45,252 nucleotides of DNA from Thermoprotei archaeon (GTDB lineage: Archaea > Thermoproteota > Thermoprotei_A > Sulfolobales > NBVN01). The notes below the pieces were generated by a model, which was given only the letters and a program-made list of their open reading frames with translations, did no database searches and was not told where the DNA came from. Positions 36,574 through 44,286 of the stretch are shown piece by piece. Each line of letters opens with the position of its first letter. Position 1 is the stretch's first letter. The translations under genes were made by a program, and so were the position numbers. The DNA is taken from positions 1 to 45,252 of the forward strand of contig QMWS01000001.1 in assembly GCA_003661745.1 (NCBI GenBank), written 5' to 3'.

Positions 36574-37341
36574 ATGTATTGTTTTGCAAACTTTTATATA
36601 TTGTGGCTTCTTTTGATATTGTCAATGGTTAGTAGGTATGATATGGAAGAAATTGCAGACAATTTGGAAAAACACGGACTTGTGTGTGATGTCATTTATC
36701 AAACAGGACACGGTATTTTTGATGTAACTTGTCATAGTGAGGGAAAGGACATTCATTTGAATGTTAGAAGGAGGAAAATCTTCGTTGATTATAAGTTCCG
36801 TGCTTTTATCTCAGGTACTGTTCCCGAAGAATATTTTAAGGATATTGCTGCTGAGAAATGTTTATCTTCTGAAATGAATACTTGGGAATGCTTGGTTGCT
36901 CTTGCTGATTGTAAGAAGTATGGAGAGGAATATTCTTGTGAGGTTGAAGTTCCTGAGAATATACCAGAGGATGCTGTTAAAGGATTTGTAGAGGAGATTG
37001 AATCACTTGGTGGAACAGTTAAGCGGGAGGATAATCGTATTAGGTTTAATGTTCGTTATTACGGTGTTTTGATGAGGAATCTGTTTGATGAGGTTATGAA
37101 GTTTGATTGGGGTAGGGATTCTGTTATGAAATTTTATGAGAAGTATAAGGATGTTTTCGTTGCTGATATTGTTGCTGGTGTTAGTAATTGTTTTGCTAAG
37201 GATGTTAGTGTTGATGCCTTTATTGACCACACTTCTTATAATCATTTTACTGTTAGAACTGATTTGAAGTTTAGTGGTGATGTAGGGACTCTTGGATGTG
37301 TGATTGATTTCCTTGATAAGAAGTATTATCAGGAGATTTAG
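36574..37341 (+). CDS. hypothetical protein (255 aa)
   Basis: ATG 36574 gives a hydrophobic N-terminus. The alternative start ATG 36625 lies 29 nt after TTTTATATA (36592-36600). No family recognised. Confidence 0.85.
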   Translation: MYCFANFYILWLLLILSMVSRYDMEEIADNLEKHGLVCDVIYQTGHGIFDVTCHSEGKDIHLNVRRRKIFVDYKFRAFISGTVPEEYFKDIAAEKCLSSEMNTWECLVALADCKKYGEEYSCEVEVPENIPEDAVKGFVEEIESLGGTVKREDNRIRFNVRYYGVLMRNLFDEVMKFDWGRDSVMKFYEKYKDVFVADIVAGVSNCFAKDVSVDAFIDHTSYNHFTVRTDLKFSGDVGTLGCVIDFLDKKYYQEI

Positions 37342-37346
37342 AAACA

Positions 37347-37354
37347 TTTTTATA
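37347..37354 (+). promoter_or_regulatory. TATA-box candidate (TTTTTATA)
   Basis: About 26 nt upstream of ATG 37377. Mirror 7899-7906. Confidence 0.45.
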
Positions 37355-37376
37355 CTCCCTGTGTGTTGTTGGTTTT

Positions 37377-37646
37377 ATGGAATCAGAATTAAAGCTTATT
37401 GGTAATGTAGTGTTTGGACATTTATCAGCACCTGCTGATGTTGTTGATGAGATTTGCTCTTTTTTAGATGAAAAGAAGATACTCTGCTTTGCAAAGAAGG
37501 AAGGTAGAATGGAGGATGTTTTATTTATCGGAAGATATGAAGATGTGGTTGATGCTTGTATGGATATTGTTGATAAATATCCGGGTGCCTCGTGTGGTGT
37601 TATTCGTAAGAAGATTGCAAAGGACTATGAGGTTTATGGGTGGTAG
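37377..37646 (+). CDS. hypothetical protein (89 aa)
   Basis: ATG start. First gene of the operon that carries the paralog array. Confidence 0.75.
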   Translation: MESELKLIGNVVFGHLSAPADVVDEICSFLDEKKILCFAKKEGRMEDVLFIGRYEDVVDACMDIVDKYPGASCGVIRKKIAKDYEVYGW

Positions 37647-37936
37647 AGATGAGGATGTCAAAGGAATGTGTTAGGGCTTTGTATGATGTTGGTGTTGATT
37701 TGGGTTCCTTGGAAGTTGCTTTGAGGTTTAATCTTCCAATTGAAAACCTTGACATTCTTTTCAGGGAAGCTGCACTTGGTGAATCCTTGCTTAGGTTGTC
37801 AGATGCCTGTAATATTCCAATTGACCCTTCTGCTGTTTATGCAATTCAGGATTACATCCGTGCTGGTGATTATGTTTCTGCAAATTATATTGTAAGGGAT
37901 TTAATGCAGAGAATATTTGCATATATCGAGGGGTGA
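37640..37936 (+). CDS. hypothetical protein (98 aa)
   Basis: Start at GTG 37640 or ATG 37649/37655, next to the previous stop. Confidence 0.75.
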   Translation: MVEMRMSKECVRALYDVGVDLGSLEVALRFNLPIENLDILFREAALGESLLRLSDACNIPIDPSAVYAIQDYIRAGDYVSANYIVRDLMQRIFAYIEG

Positions 37937-38309
37937 TATTATGGAAGATTGGAGAAAGAAGGAATGTGAGAATGCTCTTGAAAGGTTGTTTAATGTATTG
38001 AAAGATATACGGGCTAAGGTTGCAGAAAAGTGTAAAAGTGTTGAAGGACCAATAACGCTTTATTGTAAACATGCTTTGGGGGATATTGATGATATGATGA
38101 ATAAGATGGGAAGAGGTAGTGGATTTATTTTTGAGGAATTTGTTGGTGTGTGTGGTTATTTTAGGTCGTTGTCGGAGTTGTTGAATGATGATGGGTTTAT
38201 AGGTATGCGAGTAGGTCTTGAATCTGCATTCAAGTCTGTGTACTGGGACTGTTGTAGGCATAATGTTGAGGAATGTCTGAAGTCTTTGAAGGAAGAGAGT
38301 AGATTGTAG
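37917..38309 (+). CDS. Cys-motif helical paralog family member (130 aa)
   Basis: ATG 37941 after a GAGGGGTGAT SD is the likelier start. Motif KKECENAL-x-AEKCKSVEGPITLYCKHA. C-terminal CC (YWDCCRHN). Confidence 0.8.
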   Translation: MHISRGDIMEDWRKKECENALERLFNVLKDIRAKVAEKCKSVEGPITLYCKHALGDIDDMMNKMGRGSGFIFEEFVGVCGYFRSLSELLNDDGFIGMRVGLESAFKSVYWDCCRHNVEECLKSLKEESRL

Positions 38310-38320
38310 GAGGTAAGAGA

Positions 38321-38701
38321 ATGGTAGAGGAAATTTGTTTTAGGCGTTCTGATGTGGATTCTTGTATTTCTGCTATGAAGGGGTTGTCGTATGAGCTTAA
38401 GAATTTACTTCGTGAGTTAAAGGAAGATGGTGTTTGTAATAGGTATGAACCGGGTTCAAGAGAGAGTATATTGTGTAAGGAATCCTTGGATAATATACAT
38501 ACTGCTATGAATGTGTTGTGGGATGGTGAAACAGATTTTGCAAGGTATGTGATTGATGCTATTGTTGGGTTATCGTCGTTAGGATTGGTGGAATATGCAA
38601 AGGCGTTGTCTTCTTATCTTGAATATACGGTAGATAGGTGTATAGAACCTTATTCAAAGCTATGGAGAGAGGAGATGGGGAAAGAGTGGAGTGAGTTCTA
38701 A
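38321..38701 (+). CDS. Cys-motif helical paralog family member (126 aa)
   Basis: GGAGGT SD at 38309-38314. Motif DSCISAM-x-GVCNRYEPGSRESILCKES. Confidence 0.8.
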   Translation: MVEEICFRRSDVDSCISAMKGLSYELKNLLRELKEDGVCNRYEPGSRESILCKESLDNIHTAMNVLWDGETDFARYVIDAIVGLSSLGLVEYAKALSSYLEYTVDRCIEPYSKLWREEMGKEWSEF

Positions 38702-39114
38702 TGGTAGTAATTAGTGATGAAGAATATGACAAATGTTTGAAGGAGATACATAAGTTTCGTGAGAAAGTTTCTGAGTTATATGATAGAGCTATTAATCTTT
38801 GTAAAAGGTATGAAGAGTTTGTAGAGTGGGAAGCTGATTGTGAATATTGGTTTAGGAGTTTGAAGTCAGTTGCTAAGGATGTTGGTAGGGGTGATGCTTA
38901 TTCTGTAGGTTATGAGGTGGTGAGTTCTGCTGAGAGTATTGAGGGTTTTATTTGGATTTATTTGAGGGATGAAGAGTTTAAGGAAATTTGGAATGAATTG
39001 CATAAAGTTAAATTTGAACTTAAGAAGTCGTTTGCACAGTTGATGGATGTCTGCTGTGATACATTCTTTGATGCTTATGTTAGTGCTAGGAAGAGGTGGG
39101 GTAGTGAGGAGTAA
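38701..39114 (+). CDS. Cys-motif helical paralog family member (137 aa)
   Basis: TAATG stop/start overlap. Motif DKCLKEI-x-NLCKRYEEFVEWEADCEYW. C-terminal CC (MDVCCDTF). Confidence 0.8.
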   Translation: MVVISDEEYDKCLKEIHKFREKVSELYDRAINLCKRYEEFVEWEADCEYWFRSLKSVAKDVGRGDAYSVGYEVVSSAESIEGFIWIYLRDEEFKEIWNELHKVKFELKKSFAQLMDVCCDTFFDAYVSARKRWGSEE

Positions 39115-39538
39115 TTCTTGTAGTGAAAGATGTTTGGATGAGATAGAACAGTTGTATAAGGAGATTGATGATATATATCGTTGTGTATGGAGGACTTGTA
39201 GGGTTTACAAATGGTACAATCCAAATGTGGATTGTGAATGGGTTTTAGAACCTTTCAGAGAAATTAAGGAGTTTTTTAGTGAAGTAAGAGGGGATGTAGT
39301 TAGGTCTATGATAGATGCTATTGATTCTTTGAATGTTTTGTTATTTGGAATATTAAGTGTTAAACCCACGGAAGAGCTTGTGGAAGCTTATTTAGACCTT
39401 GTGAGTTGTGCTTCGAAGTATGAGGTACTTGTTGAGCGTGTATTTAGGAAGTGCTGTTCTGTTGAATGTTTTAGTGAGTATGCAAATTGGTTGAGGAGAA
39501 CGGTTGAAGAGGAAGGAGAATTTGAGGAGGGCGAGTAG
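39047..39538 (+). CDS. Cys-motif helical paralog family member (163 aa)
   Basis: GTG 39104 after GAGGTGGGG is the likelier start. Motif ERCLDEI-x-RTCRVYKWYNPNVDCEWV. C-terminal CC (FRKCCSVEC). Confidence 0.8.
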   Translation: MSAVIHSLMLMLVLGRGGVVRSNSCSERCLDEIEQLYKEIDDIYRCVWRTCRVYKWYNPNVDCEWVLEPFREIKEFFSEVRGDVVRSMIDAIDSLNVLLFGILSVKPTEELVEAYLDLVSCASKYEVLVERVFRKCCSVECFSEYANWLRRTVEEEGEFEEGE

Positions 39539-39890
39539 AATGGAGATGACACCAGAGGAATTTGTCTCGAAGATATGGGATTTATCTGTTGAATTTGATA
39601 ATGCCTGTAACACTTACTTTAGTCAGAGTAGTTGGCAATGGTATTCTTGCAAGGATGTTTCTCGTTACATTGGTAACACTATGAAATGTCTTGGAGAGGA
39701 AGATGTCATTGGTTGTTTGATTGGTTCTTTGAGGAATGTTACATTCGAATGTAGTAAGCTTACTGAGTTTGTTAGTTCTTTGATGGATATTTACAAGAGT
39801 TATGCAGAGGTTGTTGAGGATTATATAAAGAGTATCTGTGGTGGAAAGGATGGATTTGGAAGAGCTGAATTACGAACTGAGCAAGATTAG
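39504..39890 (+). CDS. Cys-motif helical paralog family member (128 aa)
   Basis: ATG 39540, just after the previous stop, is the likelier start. Motif NACNTYFSQSSWQWYSCKDV. Confidence 0.8.
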   Translation: MKRKENLRRASRMEMTPEEFVSKIWDLSVEFDNACNTYFSQSSWQWYSCKDVSRYIGNTMKCLGEEDVIGCLIGSLRNVTFECSKLTEFVSSLMDIYKSYAEVVEDYIKSICGGKDGFGRAELRTEQD

Positions 39891-40170
39891 AGAGCGTTTG
39901 AATAAGATGTGTAGTAAGTATGGTAGAGTTGTTCAGAATGCTTGTAAGGAGTATATGAATAGTGTTGATGAGCTTGTTGAAGCTATATCTAGTGGAAATG
40001 TTACAAAAGCTTTGATATCTGCTTCTTTGGCGGGTCATGATGTGTCATTTATTAGGAGGAATGTTTCTGATGATGATGCAAGAACTTTGCTTGATATTGA
40101 TACTAAGATTTATTATTTGATTGATGAGTATTTAGAGGATAATTGGGAAATTACTAGGAAGTTGAGATAG
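39838..40170 (+). CDS. Cys-motif helical paralog family member (110 aa)
   Basis: Start at GTG 39838 or ATG 39850. Motif KMCSKYGRVVQNACKEY. Confidence 0.8.
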   Translation: MVERMDLEELNYELSKIRERLNKMCSKYGRVVQNACKEYMNSVDELVEAISSGNVTKALISASLAGHDVSFIRRNVSDDDARTLLDIDTKIYYLIDEYLEDNWEITRKLR

Positions 40171-40649
40171 TGGTATTAGCTATTGGAATAAAGAGGATCC
40201 GGTATCTGGGGGATGTACTTGAGAAAGAGATGAATGAGTTAGAGGATATAATCTCTTCTTGTGATTCTATTTGTGCTAGGTATCATGATTCTGAATTTTG
40301 TAAATCTGCTTGTACAGAGGTATATGAGTTGTTTAACAAGTATAAGGATGCTGTGTGGGGATTTGTTGGTTCTTTGGAAAGTGGAGATGTATGGAAGATG
40401 ATGATGACAGACAGTTATCGTTATATTGATTATGGGAATTTTCTCAGGGATATTTTGAAGGATATTTCTTTGGGGTATTATAATGAAGCTAATCCTTTGA
40501 TTACTGGTGTATTTAGGCATGTTAAAGGATTTATGAGGTTATATGAGTTTAAGAAAAAATGGGATGAGTGGATGTGGTTTGGGGAAAAACATTTAAAGGA
40601 ATATGGACTTGAAAAATATTTGAAGGAGGGGATTGATGATGAAGTGTAA
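40170..40649 (+). CDS. Cys-motif helical paralog family member (159 aa)
   Basis: TAGTG stop/start overlap. Motif SICARYHDSEFCKSACTEVY. Confidence 0.8.
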   Translation: MVLAIGIKRIRYLGDVLEKEMNELEDIISSCDSICARYHDSEFCKSACTEVYELFNKYKDAVWGFVGSLESGDVWKMMMTDSYRYIDYGNFLRDILKDISLGYYNEANPLITGVFRHVKGFMRLYEFKKKWDEWMWFGEKHLKEYGLEKYLKEGIDDEV

Positions 40650-40965
40650 ACTTGCAAGGGTATATGACAAGGCAACTGAGTATCTTGCGTTGGTTTGTAA
40701 GTTTGACAAAGATGATGAACCACTATTGGAGAGAGTTGGTTGGACTGATGTTGAAGATTTGACATTTATATCCATAATTGGACCTAAGGCAAGTGCTGCT
40801 ATATCGCACTTCGATTATCCTCCGTATGATATAAAGGAACGCTCTGAGAAGATGGATGTAAATGCAACTACAATTAAACTTGCAGAATACTTGAAAGGAA
40901 GAGGATTTGCTCAGATACCAAATGTGATAGATTTAACCAATTTTAGGTCTCAATATGTCCCTTGA
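40633..40965 (+). CDS. hypothetical protein (110 aa)
   Basis: ATG 40636 or 40639 after a GGAGGGGAT SD. No clear family motif. Confidence 0.75.
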   Translation: MMMKCKLARVYDKATEYLALVCKFDKDDEPLLERVGWTDVEDLTFISIIGPKASAAISHFDYPPYDIKERSEKMDVNATTIKLAEYLKGRGFAQIPNVIDLTNFRSQYVP

Positions 40966-41272
40966 TGATAGAGATTTAAGAGTTGCTGTAGCGAAGGGTG
41001 TTATACAGGCATTGTGTAATAAGTACAATATGAAAGGTGCTTGTGATAGGATATTCAGTACTTATGAGAGTATGCTCAGGGATATAGAGAAAGATTCAAT
41101 GTCTGACCTTGTCGAGGATGCTTTTTCTTTCTGTGCTGCTGTTTCATGGTTGGAATCTGTTGTTATGATGGATACTGTTGATTATGATAGTTTGCGTGAA
41201 AATGTTAAGGTGTTAGAGAAGGCAGTTATTGGACGGGCAGTTGAAAGAGACCACGAGCATGGAGTATTATAA
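40955..41272 (+). CDS. Cys-motif helical paralog family member (105 aa)
   Basis: ATG start. Motif ALCNKYNMKGACDRIF. Confidence 0.75.
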   Translation: MSLDDRDLRVAVAKGVIQALCNKYNMKGACDRIFSTYESMLRDIEKDSMSDLVEDAFSFCAAVSWLESVVMMDTVDYDSLRENVKVLEKAVIGRAVERDHEHGVL

Positions 41273-41759
41273 TGATGTCAGAAGTGCTATTAAGAGCTAT
41301 TTGGAGAAATATAAGGAGGATACATATTCAGATATTCCATTAGATGAACATCCTGCTTTGGTATGTGAACGGGATGGAAGGTATTTTGTTCTTGAAGAAG
41401 GTTCTGCATTGTCTGTTGGTCCTGTTTCTGTGATTACTGAGGATACGATTAGGAGGTGTGGAAATGCTGTTGCTGCTGTTCATATTCATGGTTGTCGTAG
41501 TTGCAGTAGTATGCCGTCTATCGAAGATGCTGAGATGTTTTCTATTGCAGATTATGTCTGTGTTGCAAGTTGCGGTAAGGTAACTTGTTATAGGAGATTT
41601 CCGTTAAATCTTTATTCAGATGTAAAGGTTAGAGGTTTCTCTGAAACTGTGCCTGTGCTTTTGGCTGTTAACGGGCAGGTTGTCATTGGTAGTGCGGATG
41701 TTTATGACATTGAGGAATGTTCTGGTTTCGAAGATTATGTAGCATTTGAGGTTGAATAA
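41229..41759 (+). CDS. JAB/MPN-like metalloprotease candidate
   Basis: ATG 41259 is the likelier start. JAMM-like H-x-H-x9-S-x2-D motif in AAVHIHGCRSCSSMPSIEDAEMF, with an upstream layout like RadC/JAB domains. The spacer is 2 residues longer than canonical. Confidence 0.8.
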   Translation: MDGQLKETTSMEYYNDVRSAIKSYLEKYKEDTYSDIPLDEHPALVCERDGRYFVLEEGSALSVGPVSVITEDTIRRCGNAVAAVHIHGCRSCSSMPSIEDAEMFSIADYVCVASCGKVTCYRRFPLNLYSDVKVRGFSETVPVLLAVNGQVVIGSADVYDIEECSGFEDYVAFEVE

Positions 41760-41774
41760 TTGAACCGAAATCTC

Positions 41775-41780
41775 TTTATT
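41775..41780 (+). promoter_or_regulatory. weak TATA-like element (TTTATT)
   Basis: About 26 nt upstream of ATG 41804. Mirror 3473-3478. Confidence 0.3.
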
Positions 41781-41803
41781 GAAGTGATATCCTTTTTGTA
41801 AAT

Positions 41804-42259
41804 ATGAAATTTTTGAAGGTTGTTGGTAGATGGTTATATGTTCCTTCTGAAATTAGAGAGCGTTTTAAGGATATGAAAGCTGATTATTTTCGGATAGAAT
41901 ATCGTAAGGGTAATTTTGTCCTTATTCCGTTTATTAAGGTTGTACCGGCAAAAGTTTACCATCCGGGGAACCGTTACTATGTCTATGATGATAGATTGAG
42001 GATTGAACCGGTTGATATTAAGGAGATTGACATTGATAAAATAACTCAGAGACGCATAAGGAGTTTGGGTGGTTCTTTACTTTATGTTGAAATTGAGAAA
42101 CATAAGAATTATGTTGTTTGGACATATAAAGGTGTTGCATTTTTGATTACAAGAAATGCATTTTATTACGATAGTTCGTCTGGTTTGGATTACAATCAGG
42201 CAAGGAATCGTGCTTATATCATTGCTTCAATTTTAAAGAAAGAAGGTTTAGCAAGATAG
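41804..42259 (+). CDS. SpoVT/AbrB-like domain protein (151 aa)
   Basis: The N-terminus VGRWLYVPSEIRERFKDMKADYFRIEYRKGNFVLIP fits the swapped-hairpin AbrB pattern. The C-terminal roughly 100 aa are unassigned. Confidence 0.8.
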   Translation: MKFLKVVGRWLYVPSEIRERFKDMKADYFRIEYRKGNFVLIPFIKVVPAKVYHPGNRYYVYDDRLRIEPVDIKEIDIDKITQRRIRSLGGSLLYVEIEKHKNYVVWTYKGVAFLITRNAFYYDSSSGLDYNQARNRAYIIASILKKEGLAR

Positions 42260-42265
42260 GAGGTT

Positions 42266-42361
42266 GTGAGAGTGGATAATTTGTATGAGGAATTAAAAGA
42301 ATTGAGGACAAAGGATAAATACCTCGGACAATATTACTTAATAAGAAGTTTTAGGAGATGA
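42266..42361 (+). CDS. possible small ORF (31 aa)
   Basis: GTG start 4 nt after GGAGGTT. The stop overlaps the next ATG (ATGA). Below the ORF-track length cutoff. Confidence 0.3.
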   Translation: MRVDNLYEELKELRTKDKYLGQYYLIRSFRR

Positions 42362-42597
42362 GAGGATTGGCGGCGGCGGAAGTATCTAATCCAAAAGTTG
42401 AAAGATATTTGGACAGTTTGATGAAGGAATTAGGAATACCAAAAGAGAAGGAAAGGAAAGCACGAGAAATATTGTTGAATTTATACAGGGATGCTCTTGA
42501 GGAGGGAATAGAGATAGTTATGCGTAATGTGCGGAAGGCTTTGATTGGAAGTAACGACGATATAGTAAGCAAGAGTGCGGTGATGCGTAATGGATGA
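42358..42597 (+). CDS. hypothetical protein (79 aa)
   Basis: ATG start. Helical and Lys/Glu-rich. Confidence 0.7.
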   Translation: MRGLAAAEVSNPKVERYLDSLMKELGIPKEKERKAREILLNLYRDALEEGIEIVMRNVRKALIGSNDDIVSKSAVMRNG

Positions 42598-42778
42598 TGA
42601 ATTGTATGAGGAAATTATGTTGATGATTGAAAAAGCTTGGGGACGCAATTTTGACAATGCTAAACGATTCTTCAGGAGTAAGGGCAAGGTTTCGACACTT
42701 GAAAAGTATAAAAGAAAATGGCGAAAGGAATTTGTTGAGGACATTATAGAAATAATTGACAAGGTAGAACTTGGATAG
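42590..42778 (+). CDS. hypothetical protein (62 aa)
   Basis: The ATG overlaps the end of the previous gene. Basic and helical. Confidence 0.6.
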   Translation: MDDELYEEIMLMIEKAWGRNFDNAKRFFRSKGKVSTLEKYKRKWRKEFVEDIIEIIDKVELG

Positions 42779-42789
42779 GTGGGATAGAA

Positions 42790-42921
42790 ATGCAAGACGG
42801 GAAGTTGATAACAAATCTTCGAGATGTAGCTACTCGCTTGGATAAAATAGCGGTTGAAATGCTTAGATTGAGTGCAAAGCTCTCAGCAATTGCCGAAAAG
42901 GTTAAGAGAGGAGAGTTATGA
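42790..42921 (+). CDS. small coiled-coil protein (43 aa)
   Basis: ATG start after GGTGGGATAG. Translation MQDGKLITNLRDVATRLDKIAVEMLRLSAKLSAIAEKVKRGEL. Below the ORF-track length cutoff. Confidence 0.4.
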   Translation: MQDGKLITNLRDVATRLDKIAVEMLRLSAKLSAIAEKVKRGEL

Positions 42922-43011
42922 TGAGGGGAATTGATAGGGGATTTTGGTTGAAGATAATTTGGAGGGAAACTCCTCTTTGGTTGATATGTAGAGAGATACC
43001 GAGGTTCTACT

Positions 43012-43476
43012 ATGAGAAGATGGAGCAAAGAGGAAATAGAAGTTCTTAGGAAGGTTTATCCAGATGCTGGTGCAAAGAAGGTTGCTGAGCTTATAGGTAG
43101 GAGTGTTGATTCTGTCGTTGCTAAAGCTAAGGAACTTGGTATTAGGAGGAAGAGGAAGGTAGTATGGACAGATGAAATGGTTGGCTTTCTTGTGAGTAAT
43201 TATAATGTTATGACAATGGATGAGATTGCTGAGTATCTTGGTGTTGATTCTGTTGATGTGTTGAACAAGGCTAGACAGTTGGGTTTGAAAAAGAATCATC
43301 ATGGTAGGGTTACGGTTGTTGTTGATGATGAGTATGTAACTCTTGAACCAGATGATATTATAATGCTTTATGAAAATGGTTATTTTGACAATCTTGAGCT
43401 TAGGAGATTATGTAGGTTTAAATTTTTTAGGGATTATATTAATAGTAAGATAGGTGGTGTCCTTGAAAGACATTGA
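43012..43476 (+). CDS. tandem Myb/SANT-like (GcrA-N-like) HTH DNA-binding protein
   Basis: Internal duplication: WSKEEIEVLRKVYP..VAELIGRSVDSVVAKAKELGI and WTDEMVGFLVSNYN..IAEYLGVDSVDVLNKARQLGL. Confidence 0.85.
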   Translation: MRRWSKEEIEVLRKVYPDAGAKKVAELIGRSVDSVVAKAKELGIRRKRKVVWTDEMVGFLVSNYNVMTMDEIAEYLGVDSVDVLNKARQLGLKKNHHGRVTVVVDDEYVTLEPDDIIMLYENGYFDNLELRRLCRFKFFRDYINSKIGGVLERH

Positions 43477-44233
43477 ACTTGGTTTGAAGTATAAACAAGT
43501 TCTTGATGCTCTGTTTTCTGAAGCTATGTATGTTAGGGAAGTTGCTCGTAAGCTTGGGATAAATAAGGAAGTTGCTTCTGGTATTTTGCGTGGTTATTAC
43601 AAGTCTGATAAGGTTGAAATGATTGAGTATGGTAGGACTCATAAACCAAAGACACCTATTGATGATACTGATGAGATTAATCCTTATAATATATATTATA
43701 GGGTGGGTAAGGAGAAACTTGCCAATGAAAAAAAAGAGATTGTCAAGTTTGTTGATAAGGCAAATAAGGAGATTGCTAGAAAGGCAGAGAGATTACTTGT
43801 TGATGCTTGTTATCAATTGGCGGATGATTTGGGAATAAGTAGAAAGGAGATATATGTTTCACCATATACTTCTCCTAAGATAGATGTTTATATTCGTCCC
43901 AAGCTTGTTGCTGTTGATATTTCTATTAGGTATGAAAATCCTGTTGGGGTTTCGTATATAGATTCTAAACATCGTAGGAGGGTTAGGAACAAGGAATATT
44001 ACGATTTGATAATTATTGCACCTGCTTTTACGAGAAGTGCTTATAGGCGTGCAAAACGACTTGATGTTACTCTCATAAAGTTTCCGAAATCTTTTCCTGT
44101 TTTGCCTGTAATGGGATATTCTCCTTATGAGATTGCCTTTAAGTTCAAGAAGGTTGGTAGGATAGGAGTTCCTTTTGAAGAGGATGAGTTTGTGAGGCAT
44201 TTGTATAACATCTTGTATCCTTATTTGGTTTAG
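43454..44233 (+). CDS. winged-helix DNA-binding protein with uncharacterised C-terminal domain (259 aa)
   Basis: GTG start. N-terminal wHTH-like YVREVARKLGINKEVASGILRGYYKSDKVEMIEYG. The C-terminal domain (KIDVYIRPKLVAVDISIRYENP...YDLIIIAPAF) is only speculatively nuclease-like. Confidence 0.85.
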   Translation: MVSLKDIELGLKYKQVLDALFSEAMYVREVARKLGINKEVASGILRGYYKSDKVEMIEYGRTHKPKTPIDDTDEINPYNIYYRVGKEKLANEKKEIVKFVDKANKEIARKAERLLVDACYQLADDLGISRKEIYVSPYTSPKIDVYIRPKLVAVDISIRYENPVGVSYIDSKHRRRVRNKEYYDLIIIAPAFTRSAYRRAKRLDVTLIKFPKSFPVLPVMGYSPYEIAFKFKKVGRIGVPFEEDEFVRHLYNILYPYLV

Positions 44234-44254
44234 TTAGACATTTTTTAGAGAAGG

Positions 44255-44262
44255 TTTTTAAA
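44255..44262 (+). promoter_or_regulatory. TATA-box candidate (TTTTTAAA)
   Basis: Upstream flank GAGAAGG. About 29 nt upstream of ATG 44287. Mirror 991-998. Confidence 0.5.
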
Positions 44263-44286
44263 CAAGTGATTTTCCATAGGGAAATT

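Noticed and set aside
37468-37674. 68-aa alternative-frame ORF inside 37377..37646 (mirror 7579..7785), and similar nested same-strand ORFs
   Set aside because: It is fully nested in a better-supported frame that has a promoter-proximal ATG, and it has no initiation signals of its own.
42918-43049. 43-aa ORF MMRGIDRGFWLK... between the small coiled-coil ORF and the Myb-like gene
   Set aside because: It overlaps the well-supported start of 43012..43476 in another frame, has no SD and has an odd composition. Probably non-coding spacer carrying the GAGGT SD of the next gene.
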